DNA from: an uncultured virus (IMG/VR IMGVR_UViG_3300028393_000031)
Lineage: Duplodnaviria > Heunggongvirae > Uroviricota > Caudoviricetes
Virus record (IMG/VR): IMGVR_UViG_3300028393_000031
Reading direction: 5' to 3' (one strand)
DNA length: 64,000 nucleotides
The position numbers and the translations under genes are program-made. Position 1 is the stretch's first letter; each line of letters begins with the position of its first letter. The notes below the pieces were generated by a model, which ran no database searches, was not told where the DNA came from, and was given only the letters and a program-made list of their open reading frames with translations. Of the stretch, positions 60,301-64,000 are shown in pieces.

Positions 60301-60416
60301 CCAACGTAGGTGTATATCCCGATGGGCCGGATGTAATCACTGTCATGGCCCAGAATATTGGTGCCACATCAGGTAACATTTTTGCACGTTTGTCCTGGAC
60401 AGAAGCTCAGGCCTAA
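57345..60416 (+). CDS. Large virion structural protein
   Basis: 'DPVNKLRISQPQALIDTDFEY', 'RQTRRYFRYQSGKG', 'YSWYGAG.IRWG', 'WTEAQA', plus 'T...HGL..G' repeats. Confidence 0.8.
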   Translation: MAKHITPEYYTFTPSTKTIVISRYLRQEQLMLITNTTRNTVLFNFSDPTYTLVSFVSIITNNVPTTSIVLKYDTTSAMQSTDKIAILIEESNETFQPMEILMDPVNKLRISQPQALIDTDFEYSTQTTKWESIALINNRPFAYYNTYNPLSYSDVGAVNLSRTVTVTSTANPGVGTPVFMQDTTWAGADGLFMVDSSSGVNFTYTARIAYPGTTGSINNTNTTNIYQGYVFTGAAIGLSTVTFSGTVITVTCSVPHGLLLGNEIGMIGLTATTFPPNGSWTVATVTSPTVFTYNVINTPTGTIGFGSATLYVRPQGNFLHRSFDGGVTFSTNAISHNQQLIRQTRRYFRYQSGKGIQMSTGTLLKPNLNLDAVTAVGATVTVVTKVQHNINPGITIAMTGCDQAAYNGTYTVATVLDPYKFTYIATNRLDAAGSTPSVAVATGLPYLSITNWYGANTRVGMYDGQNGVFFEYDGQTIYAVRRSSTYQINGWISVAAGSNSVSGITLNGVSPIFSKQLVPGDYIVIKGMSYRVETITSDSALTIQPAYRGSVNLSAAVISKTIDYKVPQSQWNIDRADGTGVSGFNLDLTRMQMFYLDYSWYGAGFIRWGFRGLNGDVMYCHKSPNNNVNYQAYMRSGNLPARYETNTFSKSTQLANIQANGGTTLGSSDVTVYLNTLPAGWPTSGSGTAVIRSGTAYEYVNFSGVGTANIGGQYTVSTLTGVVRAQAGATLTFTTNTATPVITGVSTSGVQIGQYVFSTTNVVPANTYVVSFVVNTSVTLSQAPMANGSSSLIFSPMAGAAQSFTYSATAPVAVDLHAPLFASTISHWGTSVIMDGRFDDDKSYVFTRGMTTTLSVAAGVNNAVMSFRIAPSVSNGVAGSSLGIREIVNRMQMVLRQLDVFSNGQFLITLILNGTVSSATPNYASVGGSSLAQYIFHNSATTIAGGESVFGFFLNTTGSGYTTTQQDLTLVRDMGTSILGGGVAAANVGVYPDGPDVITVMAQNIGATSGNIFARLSWTEAQA

Positions 60417-60431
60417 TCCTGGAGACGGCGC

Positions 60432-61142
60432 TTGAGCACAAGAAATTATACCAAACATTGGACGTCAACTACGCAACCCCAAACTGGGTTGCAAATTGGC
60501 GACGAGTGGTTCAACCCCACAACCAATCGCTTGTACAAGTTCATGGTACAAAATGGTACCAGTCCTGCTTGGACTGAATTGTTCACCGCGGCCACCAGCA
60601 ACAGTTATCCTGGCTACTTACCGCAGTACTACTATCAATTGCAGGTGCCCTATGTGGGCCGTCAGATCACCACAGCGCAGGGTGTGTTTGGAGTAGGTGT
60701 GGACGGTCGCGGCTTGGGGATAACACTGAACGCACAGACTACTTATAGATTTACTGCGCAATATGCATTTGCTAAGTTAAGTGGCGCTACCAGCCACAAT
60801 TTTGCAATAGGTTTTGGTGGCACAGCAACCTTGAACTCTATATCTTATTTTGTACTGACTAACTATAACCAAACCAGTTTTATCACTGCCCCCACCTTAA
60901 CATCAACGCCGTTCATACAAACTGCCACTTCGACTGTGATTGTCAATGGTATTGCCAGTGCCAGTGTGTATTTTACCTTGTTCATCGAGGGAACCGTAAA
61001 CATAGCCGCAGGTGGTACCTTTGTTCCTCAGTATACGTTAAGCGCAGATCCACTAGGCGGATACAGCACACAACCTGGCAGTTTTATCAGCATATATCCA
61101 GTATCCGCAGCAGGTGCAATGAGTGCAGGCGTGTGGGGTTAA
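60432..61142 (+). CDS. Fibre-associated protein (paralogue of 55218)
   Basis: TTG start after GGAG; N-terminal 'GDEWFNPTTNRLY' module. Confidence 0.75.
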   Translation: MSTRNYTKHWTSTTQPQTGLQIGDEWFNPTTNRLYKFMVQNGTSPAWTELFTAATSNSYPGYLPQYYYQLQVPYVGRQITTAQGVFGVGVDGRGLGITLNAQTTYRFTAQYAFAKLSGATSHNFAIGFGGTATLNSISYFVLTNYNQTSFITAPTLTSTPFIQTATSTVIVNGIASASVYFTLFIEGTVNIAAGGTFVPQYTLSADPLGGYSTQPGSFISIYPVSAAGAMSAGVWG

Positions 61143-61203
61143 TTTGTAAATGTTGCCAACACCAGCAAATAAATATATATAAATTATTTAAAAAGGAATT
61201 TTT

Positions 61204-61584
61204 ATGAGTCATTTTGCCCGAGTAGAAAACGGCCTAGTAACACAAGTTATTGTAGCTGAGCAAGATTTCATCAATACAGGGTTAGTTGGTGAGCCGGCAC
61301 AGTGGATTCAAACCAGCTATAACACATTTGCAGGCGAGCATAGACTGGGCGGAACACCATTGCGTAAAAACTACGCAGGATTGGGCTACACATACAACAG
61401 TGAAATAGATGCTTTTATACCTCCAAAACCGTTCCCAAGTTGGATATTAGATGAAAATACATGTCAGTGGAATCCTCCGATCGCTATGCCAACTTCGGAA
61501 TCAACCAGTATAAGTTATACGTGGAATGAAGAAACACAAAATTGGGACGAAATTACAATTCCAACTGATATACCATTGGAATAA
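61204..61584 (+). CDS. Conserved phage protein (paralogue of 43660)
   Basis: 'MSHFARVENG..WIQTSYN..RKNYAGLGYTY..DAFIPPKPFPSW'; promoter at 61169. Confidence 0.82.
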   Translation: MSHFARVENGLVTQVIVAEQDFINTGLVGEPAQWIQTSYNTFAGEHRLGGTPLRKNYAGLGYTYNSEIDAFIPPKPFPSWILDENTCQWNPPIAMPTSESTSISYTWNEETQNWDEITIPTDIPLE

Positions 61585-61595
61585 TATATTGAATC

Positions 61596-62126
61596 ATGCC
61601 AATAAATTTCCCTGACAGCCCAAGTACCAATGATCCGTATACATACGGAAATCGCAGCTGGATATATAACGGCCGCGCTTGGGTTGCCACAGGGGCAATA
61701 ATTGGATATACTGGTAGTCGTGGCGTTACTGGGTCCGCGGGTAGTTTGGGTTATACCGGATCTGCTAGTACAACACCTGGATATACTGGTAGTGCAGGTC
61801 CTAGTTTTGTTAATATCTACACGTCGGGCAGTTTGTATATATTTGACGGCTCCCGTAGATGGTATGCACCTTATAATCTATCAGTTAATTCAGTTGTAGC
61901 TAATATAGTTACCAGTGCAGACGCCAGTGTGATTTTTGCTATCAAAAAGAATGGTATAACAGCAGCCACTATAACTATCGCCACTGGGCAGTTGACTACC
62001 ACATATACTACACCATTTACCATGTCCAGCGGTGATTACCTTACTATTAGTATAACCCAAGCAGGATCTAGTAATAATCCTGGGAGTGAACTTTACGTAC
62101 AGCTGAAATACACGCAGACCAGTTGA
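61596..62126 (+). CDS. Short GYTGS-containing fibre-like protein
   Basis: N-terminal module 'MPINFP..P..Y.Y..W.Y..AW', like the start of the 47515 protein. Confidence 0.78.
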   Translation: MPINFPDSPSTNDPYTYGNRSWIYNGRAWVATGAIIGYTGSRGVTGSAGSLGYTGSASTTPGYTGSAGPSFVNIYTSGSLYIFDGSRRWYAPYNLSVNSVVANIVTSADASVIFAIKKNGITAATITIATGQLTTTYTTPFTMSSGDYLTISITQAGSSNNPGSELYVQLKYTQTS

Positions 62127-62132
62127 TTGAGC

Positions 62133-62164
62133 TATAAATAGTTAGATTGATCTAAACATAAATA
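62133..62164 (+). promoter_or_regulatory. Tandem late promoters (TATAAATA 62133; ATAAATA 62158)
   Basis: Exact T4 late-promoter consensus at 62133-62140. Confidence 0.7.
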
Positions 62165-62190
62165 CACAATAGGTCTAGGAGTTTTATAAA

Positions 62191-64000
62191 ATGGCAATAA
62201 TTAGAACAGCAAAATACGCAGTACAGGTTCCTGCTCTAGTAGAGGATCCGTATCCAAATTCGGGCAAACTCTACTTCCAAAACGAAGCATACAGCAGTGC
62301 CAACTTGAGCGTGTTTTTTGATAAAACTATCTCGTACAACACCGCCGGTACTGGGTATAGCACATTTGGCTACAGTACAGTAACAGGAGCCACAGAAGCC
62401 TTGGGCGGTGTACTAAATCTCAAAGGTGAAGTAACTTTTGTTCGCCACGCCACATTTAATACTCAAGCGGTACAAAGTAATAACCTAGACCAAGCACCGT
62501 TTGCCAGTATGGATCCCACCCGCCCTATTATACAAAGCAGATACGACACAGATGGTGTCAACAACCAAGTACTTATAAGTTACAATCAGCAGACACTAGC
62601 AGCCGCAGGAGATCTGATCGCCTACTATCGTCGTGTCAACATAGGTAATGACAGCAGCACAGGTTTTCCAATACAAAATGCCACACATTCAACCAGTTAT
62701 ACCGGATTTCCAGTTTACAGAAACCCCAGTACCAATCATATGGTAATAGTGGCCAATTATCATATCACTGGTTATGTTCCAGGATCGACCACTGGCGCAC
62801 ATTTACCCAACATGTTCAGTGCTACAGCACCAACGTTGGCTACTCAAGTTGCCGGGCAAGCGTCTGGAACCAATACTGTGCAATTCTTAGGCGTAAGCAG
62901 TGTTGATGGTTTAGCCATGTTTTTAAACAACAATATTGGTAATGATTACACGCAAAATATCTACAAGTACAATGACGGGGCAACTACAGCTACTAACCCG
63001 GGTACATTCACAGCTAGTCCCGGCGCTGATGGTAGGTCAAATGGATCTGCTGGTGGTGCAAGAGTACCACCAGCTGGTGGTTCATTCCAACCCAAGTTTG
63101 CCAGTAGAACTTTTACAGATCCCAATTCTGTTCCGTCTGGTGCGCCCTCAGGACAGACTGGATTTTATGTGCCTTACTTTGATACAGCAGGTACATACCA
63201 TCCCTTCTACTTTGTTTGGAATCGGACCAACGACACCTTTCAAAGATTTGGTAATGTAACAACAACTACCATTGGTACTCAAAATACGTATTGGGCAGCA
63301 GATACAGCAACTGCTACCAGCGTAAGCAGCACAACAGGTATGCAACGTGTTATCTATAACGAATCATTTGTTTTCAGCGGTACTAGATATCTTACCATGA
63401 TGCAGTTCCATGGCGCAGGCGGCATATATGACGGTACCGCCACACAGCGTACATTTATGACCTATGCAATTAACAGCTCAGACTATACACAAACCACGTT
63501 CCATAGTGCTGCTACAATACCCAGCACACCCAAGAACATCTGCTGGTTAAATGATGCTAGAACCTTGATGGCTATCATAGCACACAACTTTACCTATATC
63601 TACAGCTTTAACAGCGCAGTGACCGGCTGGAACTTGACAGCCAGCTTCAACTATCAATTCAATAGCATTGGTAGAGATAGTTTAGGACGCATATGGGCAG
63701 TGGATCAAGGACCATTGGGCTATGGGCGTGTACACCTACTGTCGGGCAGTATGCCGTCTACAGTCAATGTAACACCAGCTGCTACCAGCTACAACTACAG
63801 TGGTACTACTATTTCTACCACTTACACCATTGACACATATGATATCACAGGTGCAAGGGTTGCTGCCAACGTGACCCTGACATCCACTGGATCCAGCATT
63901 GTGTTCTATACCAGTAATATATTAGTGACTACCAGTGCAATTACTGTGACCACCAGTGCCAGTGCAACTACCACTGTAAACGCTGCTGTGGTCAGCGCTG
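62191..64000 (+). CDS. Putative virion protein, 3'-truncated (absent from the ORF track)
   Basis: SD AGGAG at 62177; MAIIRTAKYAVQVPALVEDP...; the frame reads open at the points checked, up to the window end. Confidence 0.8.
   Translation, partial: MAIIRTAKYAVQVPALVEDPYPNSGKLYFQNEAYSSANLSVFFDKTISYNTAGTGYSTFGYSTVTGATEALGGVLNLKGEVTFVRHATFNTQAVQSNNLDQAPFASMDPTRPIIQSRYDTDGVNNQVLISYNQQTLAAAGDLIAYYRRVNIGNDSSTGFPIQNATHSTSYTGFPVYRNPSTNHMVIVANYHITGYVPGSTTGAHLPNMFSATAPTLATQVAGQASGTNTVQFLGVSSVDGLAMFLNNNIGNDYTQNIYKYNDGATTATNPGTFTASPGADGRSNGSAGGARVPPAGGSFQPKFASRTFTDPNSVPSGAPSGQTGFYVPYFDTAGTYHPFYFVWNRTNDTFQRFGNVTTTTIGTQNTYWAADTATATSVSSTTGMQRVIYNESFVFSGTRYLTMMQFHGAGGIYDGTATQRTFMTYAINSSDYTQTTFHSAATIPSTPKNICWLNDARTLMAIIAHNFTYIYSFNSAVTGWNLTASFNYQFNSIGRDSLGRIWAVDQGPLGYGRVHLLSGSMPSTVNVTPAATSYNYSGTTISTTYTIDTYDITGARVAANVTLTSTGSSIVFYTSNILVTTSAITVTTSASATTTVNAAVVSA

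Noticed and set aside
173..63345. Numerous minus-strand and nested ORFs in the track
   Set aside because: They lie within long, motif-bearing + strand genes and have no independent signals. Gly/Ala/Thr-rich coding sequence leaves antisense frames open.
1..64000. Stop-codon reassignment
   Set aside because: The standard code gives dense, full-length genes, and TAA, TAG and TGA all serve as plausible stops.

Overview
This window is the virion-morphogenesis region of a large T4-related (Tevenvirinae-like) tailed phage. All real genes lie on the + strand. The order is: a 5'-truncated tape-measure-like gene, then the head module (portal gp20, two small/acidic core proteins, protease gp21, scaffold gp22, major capsid gp23), a pirin-like gene, and about 52 kb of tail, fibre and decoration genes. 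Those genes carry collagen-like, Gly-rich, LamG, SGNH esterase, ILEI, PA14-like, beta-helix and propeller modules, and T4-type late promoters (ATAAATA) recur upstream of many of them. The most striking feature is pervasive in-frame 'Russian-doll' insertion of whole domains into other domains. Several empty and filled versions of the same site are visible inside the window, and some inserts are flanked by a duplicated motif. Other observations: probable leaderless late mRNAs, a three-hairpin 5' leader, and a 4-gene cassette bounded by a duplicated leader. I saw no tRNA, CRISPR array, recombinase or reverse transcriptase. All domain calls come from motif recognition by eye, not from database searches, and internal domain coordinates are approximate.
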